Part shown: one piece after another, positions 39,087-48,413 of the stretch | Position numbering within the stretch: the stretch's first letter is position 1 | Layout: every line of letters starts with the position of its first letter | Origin: a virus | Strand: one strand, 5' to 3' | Virus record (IMG/VR): IMGVR_UViG_3300044641_005939 | Location: 5,498 to 69,497 of that record | Length of the DNA stretch: 64,000 nt | Program-made: the position numbers and the translations under genes | The notes under the pieces: generated by a model | What the model saw: the letters and a program-made list of their open reading frames with translations, nothing else | What the model was told of the DNA's origin: nothing | The model's database searches: none

Positions 39087-40129
39087 TGATTATTACTTAT
39101 CTAAGGAGTAGTTCATACGGCACCCACTCAATGTGTGCTCAACAATATTTTCTTGAGTATAATCTTGGAATAAGATCTCCATCTAATCAAAAGGCCGATA
39201 AAGGAACTATTGTTCATAAGGTATTAGAAATATTAGCCTATATTAAACTGTCTATTCAAAATAATGAAAAACATTATAATGATGATATTGTTGGTAAAAT
39301 TAGTGTGGACAAATATAGTATAGACAAGATTACTGAAAGGGTTTATAATCATTATTCTGGTCAGTTTAAACATCACAATTGGACACCTAAAGATTTTAAA
39401 GATTGCCGCCTGTGGGTGGATAAAGCGATAACAGAACACAATGCCACCTTCGATCCACGAAATAGGGAGATACTCCAACCAGAACAGCGTTTTGATATTG
39501 TTATCAACAAACCTTGGGCTTATTATAAGTATCAAACTAAAAATGAAAATCTAGAGGGCTATTTGGCCATTAAAGGAACCATAGATTTAATCACTAAGGT
39601 TAATGATAATACTATCGAGATAGTGGACTGGAAAACTGGTCGCAGATTAGATTGGGCCACTGGTCAAGAAAAAACATTAGCTAAACTACAAAACGACCCT
39701 CAACTCAGAATATATCATTATGCTGTAAGCCAATTATATCCAGATATGGATCATATTATGTTTACTATTAATTTTATTAATGATGGTGGTGCTTTTACGG
39801 TGTCTTATGATAAGAGCGATCTTTCAAAAACAGAGGATATGATTAGGCAAAAATTTGAAACTATTAAAAATACACAAGTACCACAACTTAACAAGAGTTG
39901 GAAATGTACAAAGTTGTGTCATTTTGGTAAAACAACATTTGAGAATAGTCATGTATTACCAATAGTCGAATATAGAGATAATCAGATTTGTACAAATGGT
40001 AGCACGATGACCAAGTGTGAACAAATTAAACATGATATACAACTCAAAGGAATAGAAAACGTAGTTGACCAGTATACAGCTCCTGGTTATACTGTAGGAA
40101 AGTACAAGGCACCCGGAAGTTCAGAATGA
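39086..40129 (+). CDS. PD-(D/E)XK exonuclease, Cas4/AddB-like with Cys ligands
   Basis: GTIVHKVLE, GTIDL, VDWKTG, QLRIY; N-terminal Cys and C-terminal CTKLC. Confidence 0.85.
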   Translation: MIITYLRSSSYGTHSMCAQQYFLEYNLGIRSPSNQKADKGTIVHKVLEILAYIKLSIQNNEKHYNDDIVGKISVDKYSIDKITERVYNHYSGQFKHHNWTPKDFKDCRLWVDKAITEHNATFDPRNREILQPEQRFDIVINKPWAYYKYQTKNENLEGYLAIKGTIDLITKVNDNTIEIVDWKTGRRLDWATGQEKTLAKLQNDPQLRIYHYAVSQLYPDMDHIMFTINFINDGGAFTVSYDKSDLSKTEDMIRQKFETIKNTQVPQLNKSWKCTKLCHFGKTTFENSHVLPIVEYRDNQICTNGSTMTKCEQIKHDIQLKGIENVVDQYTAPGYTVGKYKAPGSSE

Positions 40130-42006
40130 ATTATATTCCACTACATTGCCATTCTATGTTTTCATTATTGGATGGCTTGTCTCAACCTAAACAAATTGCT
40201 AATAGATGTAAGGAAATTGGCGCAACAGCATGTGCATTAACAGATCACGGTAATATTGCTGGTGCAATTAAATTTTATTCCGCAATGAAGCAAGCTGGAA
40301 TTAAACCAATTCTAGGTTGTGAACTATATGTCTGTGATCAAGATCCTACTATACAAGAAAAAGAAAATAGAAATTTAAGTCATTTTATTGTTTTAGCAAA
40401 AAATTATAAGGGCTGGAAAGATCTTATCAAGATAGTCTCAGAGTCTAATAGACCAGACTATTATTACCATAAACCCAGATTAGATCTAAAAACTATTGGA
40501 AAATTAAATAGTGGTAATCTTCTAGCTATTACCGGCCATCTAGGTTCAACATTAGCAGACACTATTCTGGATAATTATCAGTTAAAATCTAACTGGAAAG
40601 AATTGGGTATATCCCATATCAATTATCTAAAAACTATATTCAATAGTCAAGTCTTTTTAGAAGCCCAGCTAATGGATTCAGAAGGTCTTCCTGTGCAAAA
40701 AATACTCACAGAAGCTATTAGAGAATTGGGTAAAGAAACTAATACATATGTTATATGCACCCCAGATGCTCATTATTGTAGAAAAGAAGATGCTATAGAT
40801 CAAAGAATCCTACTATGTAATAATCTTAAAACTACATTTCAAGATATAAGTAGGAAAATTAGTAATGATGAAGATGTTCCAATGGGATGTTTTTTTACAT
40901 CAGATAACTATCATATTCCTTCACAGGAAGAAATACAACAGTGGCATACCGAAACAGAAATAAAAAATACTAATTTTGTAGCTAATCTTATTGAAGAATT
41001 TGATATTCTTAGTAAGCCACAATTGCCTCCGTTTGATTGTCCAACTGGTTTTGATCAAGATGAATATTTGAGAGAACTATGTAGGCATGGGTGGAGAGAT
41101 AAAATTGCTAATAAAATTCCAAAAGAAAATCAACAGCCATATTTAGATCGTATCAAATATGAACTAGAAGTTTTGCAGGGTGCTGGGTTGTCTAGTTATT
41201 TTCTTATTGTTCAAGATATTGTAAATTATGTTAGGGCAAATAACTGGCTACCTGGACCCGGTAGAGGTAGTGCTGCTGGTTGTTTGGTATCATATTTAAT
41301 TGGTATTACTAGTATTGATCCTATAAAATATAATCTATTCTTTGATAGATTTTACAATTCTGGACGAAATACAAAAGATCATATCTCCATGCCAGATATT
41401 GATGTGGACGTTCCTATCAACAAACGGGAAGAGATAATTCAATATATTAAAAATAAATATGGTCATGATAAAGTATCTCAAATGATTACCTTTAATACTA
41501 TTAAGGGCAGAGGAGCATTAAAAGATGTACTAAGAGTATATGGTAATATATCTTTTGATGAAATGAATAGAATTACAAAAAATATTCCTGATGAAGCCAA
41601 GATTGCGGACGAATTACAGGAAATGAAAGAAGAAACCGGCGAAGCCTCAATTATACGTTGGGCATTAGAGAATAATGCGGACAAACTCAAAGAATGGTGC
41701 TATATTGATGATAATGGAGAATTACAAGGCCCCTTGGCAAAGCGCTTTGAACAGGCTATTAGACTAGAAGGAACCAAATCAAATCAGAGCAAGCACGCGG
41801 CTGGTATTTGTATTAGTTCTCAGCCTCTCAAAGAGGTTTGTCCAATGGTTTATGATTCTAAGAACTATCAATTAATCGCTGGTATGGAAATGCAAGACTT
41901 AGAAAGTATTGGTATTATCAAATTTGATATTTTAGGTATTGCATATTTAGATAAAATTATGTTAATTAAAGATCTTTTAATTCAAGGAGTAAGCAATGTC
42001 AGTTAA
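40126..42006 (+). CDS. dnaE: DNA polymerase III alpha, N-terminal half (PHP + palm/thumb)
   Basis: LHCHSMFSLLDG, TDHGN, GPGRGSAAG, PDIDVD and HAAG; ends just after KFDILG. Confidence 0.92.
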   Translation: MNYIPLHCHSMFSLLDGLSQPKQIANRCKEIGATACALTDHGNIAGAIKFYSAMKQAGIKPILGCELYVCDQDPTIQEKENRNLSHFIVLAKNYKGWKDLIKIVSESNRPDYYYHKPRLDLKTIGKLNSGNLLAITGHLGSTLADTILDNYQLKSNWKELGISHINYLKTIFNSQVFLEAQLMDSEGLPVQKILTEAIRELGKETNTYVICTPDAHYCRKEDAIDQRILLCNNLKTTFQDISRKISNDEDVPMGCFFTSDNYHIPSQEEIQQWHTETEIKNTNFVANLIEEFDILSKPQLPPFDCPTGFDQDEYLRELCRHGWRDKIANKIPKENQQPYLDRIKYELEVLQGAGLSSYFLIVQDIVNYVRANNWLPGPGRGSAAGCLVSYLIGITSIDPIKYNLFFDRFYNSGRNTKDHISMPDIDVDVPINKREEIIQYIKNKYGHDKVSQMITFNTIKGRGALKDVLRVYGNISFDEMNRITKNIPDEAKIADELQEMKEETGEASIIRWALENNADKLKEWCYIDDNGELQGPLAKRFEQAIRLEGTKSNQSKHAAGICISSQPLKEVCPMVYDSKNYQLIAGMEMQDLESIGIIKFDILGIAYLDKIMLIKDLLIQGVSNVS

Positions 42007-42178
42007 AAAGTTTCAAGATTTAGAAGTTGGTGCTGTATTTAATTACGATAGTTTAGAGTATGTTAAAATCAATCCAGAAAAGGTTAGCTGCTGTAGGTCG
42101 GTTAACGCCTCTCAGGTTACTGATCCTACTAAGAGAACTATGGTAAAGCCAGACCAAGAGGTTTCGGTTGATGAATAA
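41996..42178 (+). CDS. Small hypothetical protein (VSCCRS motif)
   Basis: AAGGAG RBS; 60 aa; lies between the dnaE halves. Confidence 0.7.
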   Translation: MSVKKFQDLEVGAVFNYDSLEYVKINPEKVSCCRSVNASQVTDPTKRTMVKPDQEVSVDE

Positions 42179-42866
42179 TAATAAAATTTGCGTTTTTGAT
42201 TTTGAGACAGACGGCTCTAATCCGAGAGAATGTAGTCCTGTTCAAATTGCGGCTATTATGATTGATCCCGTAAGATTAGAGGTAATTGAAGGGTCTGAAT
42301 TTAATATTAACTTTAAGCCAGAAGTTTTAGAAGGTAATGATAGCTATAAATATGAAACAGATATTTTAAGTTTTCATTCTAAGGTTCGTGGTTGTAGTCA
42401 AGAAGATATTCTAGAGTCTTGGAAAAAATTTCCAAAACAAGAACATTCTTGGAATTTATTTGTTAACTATTTAGATAAATATCATTCAAGAACATCTAAG
42501 AAAAGTCAGTTTAGTGCGCCCATAGCTGCTGGATATAATATTTATAGGTTCGACCTACCAATTATTGATAGACTTAGTGTTAAATACGGTAATGTGAATA
42601 AGGAAAATAAAACAGATTTATTCTATCCAAGAGACGTAATTGATGGTATGAATCTAGTGTTTTATTGGTTTGAAAATAATACAGACTTAAAGAATTTCAC
42701 ACTGGATACTGTGAGAGATTACTTTGGTTTGTCCAAAGAGGGCGCACACGATGCCCTTAAAGATGTTAAGGATACTGCTCAATTGATCATTCGTTTTATG
42801 AAGTTACACAGAACTTTGAGTCAAAAAATTCAATTTAGGAACGCATTTTTAAAAGACAATGTCTAA
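42171..42866 (+). CDS. DEDDh 3'-5' exonuclease (DnaQ-like)
   Basis: VFDFETDG, GYNIYRFD and HDALKD. Confidence 0.9.
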   Translation: MNNNKICVFDFETDGSNPRECSPVQIAAIMIDPVRLEVIEGSEFNINFKPEVLEGNDSYKYETDILSFHSKVRGCSQEDILESWKKFPKQEHSWNLFVNYLDKYHSRTSKKSQFSAPIAAGYNIYRFDLPIIDRLSVKYGNVNKENKTDLFYPRDVIDGMNLVFYWFENNTDLKNFTLDTVRDYFGLSKEGAHDALKDVKDTAQLIIRFMKLHRTLSQKIQFRNAFLKDNV

Positions 42867-44475
42867 AAAATTTCAATATTCTTGTGGGTGTGGTTTTGAT
42901 ATTCTAGAAGACGATAAAGATAAAAAAATTTATTTTGATTCTTCTATAGAAAATATCAATCTTGATTGTGCCAGAACCTGGGCTTTAATATCTGATGGAA
43001 ATACCAAGGGATGTTTTCAATTAGAGTCCAGACTCGGTCGTTCAATGGCTAAAAAATTAAAACCAGAAAATATAGAACAATTATCAGCACTCATTAGTAT
43101 TATGAGGCCGGGTTGTTTGGAAGCTATTAGAGATGGTAAAACTGTCTCTAGTCATTATATTGATAAAAAGAATGGTTTAGAGAGTGTAGATTATTTTCAC
43201 GAGTCTCTAAGACCCATATTAGAAAATACATATGGGGAAATGGTTTATCAAGAGCAGGCTATGGAAATTACTAAGGCTATAGCTGGATTCAATTTGCAAG
43301 AAGCTGATATGTTAAGAAAAGCTATCGGTAAGAAAAAGCCAGAAGAAATGGCTAAAGTTAAGTCTAAATTTTTAGAGGGTTCTAACAAACTAGGTATTGT
43401 TACCAATGAAGAAGCTGAACAAATTTTTAGTTGGGTAGAAAAATCTCAAAGATATTCTTTTAATAAGTCCCACTCTGTTAGCTATGCTATTAATGCGTAT
43501 TTATCAGCATATGCCAAAGCGCATTTTCCAAGGATATTTTTCGCATCCTATCTCCGTTTTGCAAAAGACAAAATAGACCCTCAAGCAGAGATCAAAGAAT
43601 TAGTTCAAAACGCAAACGAGATGGATGTTACAGTCCACACGCCCGACTTGAGAAACTTAAATGAATTTTTCATTTTAAAAGATAATAAGATTTATTTCGG
43701 TATAACAGATATTAAGGGTGTTGGTGCTTCTGTATTTGAAAAACTCAAACAGATATCATCCACAATTGATTTTAATAATCTAACTTGGCTTAAACTACTA
43801 TTTAATGTTTTAAATAATGTTAATTCTACAGCAGCAAAAGCTTTGATTCAAAGTGGGGCCACTAATTTTATTAAAATGACACGAAATGAAATGTTGTTTG
43901 AATATAATCTTATTAGTGGTTTAACTAAGAAGGAATCTCAATATATTATAGATAATCTAGATAGGTTTAAAAGCCTATCAGAAGGTTTGAATAGTGTATT
44001 AACTATGCCAAGAATTAATAAGAACCGTAAAACGATTGTAGAAGATCTTTTAAGATCACTAATTAATCCTCCTCACTCTTTAGAAGATACAGCAGAGTGG
44101 TTGGCGGACTCAGAGGATTCTTTATTAGGTTGCTCTATCACATGTTCAAAGATAGATATGTATGATATTAGTATGACTAATATTACATGTAGAGAACTTA
44201 AAACAACAGCGTCTACAAACAATTTAATTCTGGGCGGAGAAATAGATTTCATTAATGTTACAAAAACAAAAAGTGGAAAAAATCCTGGAACAGAAATGGC
44301 GTTTGTTACAATGACAGACACAACAGGCTCTGTTGACTCAATAGTTTTCTTTCCTGACAAATATAAAGAATATAAAAATCTTTTATTCACTGGAAATATT
44401 ATTATTGTTAAGGGAGCTAAGTCAAAGAGTGGAGATGGGTTGATTGTAGAAAAAGCCTATATCGCAAAAACTTGA
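42859..44475 (+). CDS. dnaE: DNA polymerase III alpha, C-terminal half (fingers, HhH, OB)
   Basis: GCFQLES, RPG, YQEQAM, ADMLRKAIGKK, YSFNKSHS, IKGVG and MAFVTMTD. Confidence 0.92.
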   Translation: MSKKFQYSCGCGFDILEDDKDKKIYFDSSIENINLDCARTWALISDGNTKGCFQLESRLGRSMAKKLKPENIEQLSALISIMRPGCLEAIRDGKTVSSHYIDKKNGLESVDYFHESLRPILENTYGEMVYQEQAMEITKAIAGFNLQEADMLRKAIGKKKPEEMAKVKSKFLEGSNKLGIVTNEEAEQIFSWVEKSQRYSFNKSHSVSYAINAYLSAYAKAHFPRIFFASYLRFAKDKIDPQAEIKELVQNANEMDVTVHTPDLRNLNEFFILKDNKIYFGITDIKGVGASVFEKLKQISSTIDFNNLTWLKLLFNVLNNVNSTAAKALIQSGATNFIKMTRNEMLFEYNLISGLTKKESQYIIDNLDRFKSLSEGLNSVLTMPRINKNRKTIVEDLLRSLINPPHSLEDTAEWLADSEDSLLGCSITCSKIDMYDISMTNITCRELKTTASTNNLILGGEIDFINVTKTKSGKNPGTEMAFVTMTDTTGSVDSIVFFPDKYKEYKNLLFTGNIIIVKGAKSKSGDGLIVEKAYIAKT

Positions 44476-44499
44476 CATTCACGGGCCGTTGTTTATAAT
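44471..44499 (+). promoter_or_regulatory. Sigma70-type promoter CTTGAC-N17-TATAAT
   Basis: Near-consensus; upstream of ssb with an AAGGAG RBS. Confidence 0.8.
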
Positions 44500-44542
44500 A
44501 TGTTACGTTGGTATTGGAATTTAACTTTAAAGGAGCGCAAGT

Positions 44543-44914
44543 ATGAATATTGTTATGTTAAGAGGCAATCTAGCTAGGGATCCTGAATTAAGAGTTATTA
44601 ACACTGGCGATAAGCAAACATCAGTTGTTAATTTTACAGTTGCTACTTCTCGTGAGTTTACAAAGGCTAATGGCTCACAAGATAAGGTAACATCTTTTAT
44701 TCAGTGCGAAGCATGGGACAGTGGTGCCGAGGCTATTGCTTCTTCTTTTAAGAAGGGTGATCTGGTTATGGTCGAGGGTTCTCTCCGCAATGATAGCTGG
44801 GAGAAGGATGGAGTTAAGCACAGCACATTGAAGGTGCGTGTCAATAACTTTGGTAAGATTATCAAGACCCGTCGTTCTGATAAAACCCAGGAACCAGAGA
44901 CTGTATCGTTCTAA
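44543..44914 (+). CDS. ssb: Single-stranded DNA-binding protein
   Basis: MNIVMLRGNLARDPELR, KGDLVMVEGSL and a short acidic tail ending in F. Confidence 0.95.
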   Translation: MNIVMLRGNLARDPELRVINTGDKQTSVVNFTVATSREFTKANGSQDKVTSFIQCEAWDSGAEAIASSFKKGDLVMVEGSLRNDSWEKDGVKHSTLKVRVNNFGKIIKTRRSDKTQEPETVSF

Positions 44915-44933
44915 TTTACATTATCCTCATTAC

Positions 44934-44990
44934 AGAGATAGGATGAGTCTCTAGGGTCGCAAGGCCCTAGAGATTCTTCTTATCCTCTCT
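44934..44990 (+). terminator. Long GCAA-tetraloop hairpin after ssb (terminator or processing site)
   Basis: gagtctctagggtc-GCAA-ggccctagagattc, extendable by agagatagga/tcttatc-tct. Confidence 0.7.
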
Positions 44991-45000
44991 TATCTTCTTT

Positions 45001-46644
45001 ATGAAAAAAAGACTACTAATTGCTAATGATTCCAGTTTTTTAGATACTGGATATGGAATTTATGGAAGAGAATTAATTTCTAGACTACATAAGTCTGGTA
45101 AATATGAAGTAGCAGAATTAGGTTGCTATGCTGAAAAAGATCATCCTAAAACTAAATCTATTCCATGGAAATTCTACCCTAATGCTGTAAATGTTGCTGA
45201 TAAGAGGTTTGACCAATACAGATCTAACAATATAAATCAGTTTGGCCTATGGAGATTCAATAGGGTTTTAGTAGATTTTAAACCACACATTGTGTTTGAT
45301 ATTCGTGACTATTGGATGTATGCTTATCAAGAAACTAGTCCATATAAAAAATATTTTCACTGGGTTATTATGCCCACCACAGACTCGGCACCACCTAAAA
45401 CAGAGTGGCTGTATACTTTTGCTAATGCTGATCTTATCGTGCCATATACTCAGTGGGCATATAAAGTATTATCACAAACCTGTGGTAGTAATATTAATCT
45501 TTTCCCTAAAATTGCTAATGCTGGTATAAACCCATCAGAATTCTTTCCTATAGAGAATAAGCAATCGCACCAGCAGAAATATTTTGGTAAGGATGTTTCT
45601 ATTGTTGGTGTTGTTATGAGAAACCAAAGACGCAAGCTATTAGCAGATATGATGATGGCTTATCGTAAATATCTAGAAGCACTAAAGCTTTCTAACAATA
45701 TTGAACTATATAATAAGAGCCATCTCTATTTGCACACATCTTATCCAGAAGATAATGGCTGGGATTTACCCAGCTTGCTACTAGAGTTTAATTTACTGGA
45801 TAAAACGTATTTTACCTACACATGCAAACAATGCAACTCATTCTTTCCTGCAAAATTTCAAACATCTGTTACAACTTGCAAAAATTGTAAGCAAAAAAGT
45901 GCTGCTATCGCCAATCCAAACAATGGAGTTAATACGAGTCAGCTTAATGAAATTTATAATCTATTTGATCTGTTTGTTCAATATGCCATCTGCGAAGGAT
46001 TTGGTATGCCTCAAGTAGAAGCTGCTGCTTGTGGATTACAGATAGCTTCTGTTGATTATAGTGCTATGACAGAAATTGTAGAGAATCTTCATGGTTATAA
46101 AATACCATTAGTTACTCTATTTAGAGAAATGGAAACCAATGCTGATAGAGCATTACCAGATAATGATGCTACTAGTAAAATTATTTATAATCATATGGTG
46201 AATATATCGCCAGAACAAAAACTAGCTAATAGTAAAATTATAAGAGAAAAATGTTTAGAACAATATACATGGGATGCTGTATATAATGTTTGGGATGAGT
46301 GTTTTGATTCTATTGATATTAGAAAAAAACCATCATGGGATACACCAGACTTAAATATCACGAACCATACCTCTGTTAAAGTACCAAAAGATTTAGATCA
46401 AGCAGAATTTATAGAGTTTATTTGTACTAATGTTATTAATTCACCAGAATTATTAAAAACAGCCCATACACAGTGCTTAATTAGAGATAGTGTAAGTGGT
46501 ATTGTTGCTAGAAATGGAACTCTTTCTAGTCTTAATAAACAGCAAATTATTGAAATTCTAGAAGGACATATGAATAATAAAATTGTTTGTGAAAAAATGA
46601 GAACACAACCTAACACTCTAATTAAAGAAGATTTTATACCATGA
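45001..46644 (+). CDS. GT4-family glycosyltransferase with zinc-ribbon insertion
   Basis: TGYG, RNQRRK, CKQC...CKNC and EGFGMPQVEAAACG. Confidence 0.87.
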   Translation: MKKRLLIANDSSFLDTGYGIYGRELISRLHKSGKYEVAELGCYAEKDHPKTKSIPWKFYPNAVNVADKRFDQYRSNNINQFGLWRFNRVLVDFKPHIVFDIRDYWMYAYQETSPYKKYFHWVIMPTTDSAPPKTEWLYTFANADLIVPYTQWAYKVLSQTCGSNINLFPKIANAGINPSEFFPIENKQSHQQKYFGKDVSIVGVVMRNQRRKLLADMMMAYRKYLEALKLSNNIELYNKSHLYLHTSYPEDNGWDLPSLLLEFNLLDKTYFTYTCKQCNSFFPAKFQTSVTTCKNCKQKSAAIANPNNGVNTSQLNEIYNLFDLFVQYAICEGFGMPQVEAAACGLQIASVDYSAMTEIVENLHGYKIPLVTLFREMETNADRALPDNDATSKIIYNHMVNISPEQKLANSKIIREKCLEQYTWDAVYNVWDECFDSIDIRKKPSWDTPDLNITNHTSVKVPKDLDQAEFIEFICTNVINSPELLKTAHTQCLIRDSVSGIVARNGTLSSLNKQQIIEILEGHMNNKIVCEKMRTQPNTLIKEDFIP

Positions 46645-47396
46645 ATATTAACACCATTCACACACCTTGTAAAAACTGTGTTTTTGCATTATATGAAGAT
46701 AAAACACAAACTGGTTGTGGTTTAAATTATATTTCTAAATATAAAGAACATGATAATGTACAAATTTTAGAGGCTTATGATAATGAAAAAGAATTCTATA
46801 TTATCAATAATAAAAAATGTATTGGATATAGAGAACCAAAATGGTTTAATCAATTTGATATGGTAAATGCTAGTTTAGAGGAGAAGATTCAAAAATATAA
46901 AGAGACCAACTCACTACAATATTTATTAGTAATAGAACTCAAAAATATTAATATTGATCAGTTTTCTAGTTTATGCTATCAAATAGCCAACCTTGCTATA
47001 AAACCACAGAAAATAATTTTTATTAGACATATCGATGAAAAACTATCTTTTCCTTATGATTCTATTCAAAATATATTTGAGCAAACAAAACTTGGTATAC
47101 CTTGGAGAATTCAGACAATGATTGACGCAGAGTGGTCGTATCATGATACTCTCCACAATATTATAACTATCAATGCTAAATATCGCTTTATCTGTGCAAT
47201 CAATGAATATTCTGAGGATCTTAATAATATATTATCTATGGGCAATAGTATAGTCCATGATGATTTAGACCAATTTGTGGTATTGACTAATAATGAGAAA
47301 ACTTGTATTCTGTTTAGTAGTCTTGTATATAGATATAGTATCATGCATGATAAAACAAATATTCTTTCTAACGCAGATTCTTATACAATCGTATGA
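46641..47396 (+). CDS. Hypothetical protein (N-terminal CxxC)
   Basis: Coupled ORF of 251 aa. Confidence 0.68.
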   Translation: MNINTIHTPCKNCVFALYEDKTQTGCGLNYISKYKEHDNVQILEAYDNEKEFYIINNKKCIGYREPKWFNQFDMVNASLEEKIQKYKETNSLQYLLVIELKNINIDQFSSLCYQIANLAIKPQKIIFIRHIDEKLSFPYDSIQNIFEQTKLGIPWRIQTMIDAEWSYHDTLHNIITINAKYRFICAINEYSEDLNNILSMGNSIVHDDLDQFVVLTNNEKTCILFSSLVYRYSIMHDKTNILSNADSYTIV

Positions 47397-48025
47397 ACTT
47401 TATTATTCTGGGTGATAAGTTTCAAAAGAGAATGAAGTCTCGTGGTTGTGTGGGACTAATTACCGTTAATAATAAAAGTATTATACAACACCAGTATGAT
47501 AGTATTAAAAAATGTTTTCCATCTTCTAATATTATCTATGTATATGGATTCGAGAACAGAAAATTTAATAGCTTTATAGATAAGAACAATATTAAAAATA
47601 ATATATACAGTGTTTATAATGAATATTACGACACATATAATCAAGGATATTCTTTAAATTTAGTTAAAGAGTTTTTCAACAAAGAGTGCTTTATTCTTTT
47701 AGGAGATAATATTCTTAATTATAAAATTTTTCATAATTTTAAAAATCATAATTCTCAGGTTTTTATTAATGTAAAACAAAAAAATGCTTTAGGCTGTGTT
47801 ATTAATCATAATCGTATTAATAATATTTCATATGATTTAGATAACTATATTTCAGATATTTATTATCTCTCTAGTAAACATGCTTTACTATTACAAAAAT
47901 TAATTGAAAGTCCCAAACATTACAACTATTTTTTATTTGAACTTATTAATAAGCTTATAGATGGTAATGAAACTATTCAGCCATTTTATATTAATCAAAA
48001 ACAACTACTCATAAACGGTGCTTAA
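47393..48025 (+). CDS. Sugar/choline-phosphate nucleotidyltransferase-like protein (degenerate N-terminal motif)
   Basis: IIL...RMKS, YVYGF, YSL and ILLGD follow the NTP-transferase layout. Confidence 0.6.
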   Translation: MNFIILGDKFQKRMKSRGCVGLITVNNKSIIQHQYDSIKKCFPSSNIIYVYGFENRKFNSFIDKNNIKNNIYSVYNEYYDTYNQGYSLNLVKEFFNKECFILLGDNILNYKIFHNFKNHNSQVFINVKQKNALGCVINHNRINNISYDLDNYISDIYYLSSKHALLLQKLIESPKHYNYFLFELINKLIDGNETIQPFYINQKQLLINGA

Positions 48026-48413
48026 TATGATACCAAAAACATACTCAGTATTTAGCGACAGTCTAATAGAAGATAAAAGCCTAATATTAGAAATTAAAAA
48101 TTTTATAAACCACAACTATCCTTATTCAGATTTTACTGTATTTTCTAGTGCTAACAATACTAGTCAATATATAGAATTTGCTATATTAGTATCTTTTTAT
48201 TTGAGATTTTTTAATGGCGATGTTGTCTTCTTACATATAGATGACTATTATGCTCATAAAGACCACATATTGGGTAGGCCAATTTTATATCTTGACTCAA
48301 ATAATATGGAACAGGTGGACAGAAACTCTATTAAAGGATGCGATATTTTAACCCGATCACAGGATAATAAACTAATTATTATTAATAACAATGAACTACA
48401 ACAAACTATCTGA
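48018..48413 (+). CDS. Hypothetical protein
   Basis: 131 aa ORF. Confidence 0.6.
   Translation: MLNMIPKTYSVFSDSLIEDKSLILEIKNFINHNYPYSDFTVFSSANNTSQYIEFAILVSFYLRFFNGDVVFLHIDDYYAHKDHILGRPILYLDSNNMEQVDRNSIKGCDILTRSQDNKLIIINNNELQQTI

Noticed and set aside
39086-40129. Cas4-like nuclease as evidence of a CRISPR-Cas system
   Set aside because: It is a solo PD-(D/E)XK nuclease in a replication operon, which is common in phages; no cas1/cas2 or array.
41900-42960. Split intein or group I intron in dnaE
   Set aside because: No intein terminal motifs; the intervening DNA is fully occupied by two overlapping ORFs with RBSs.
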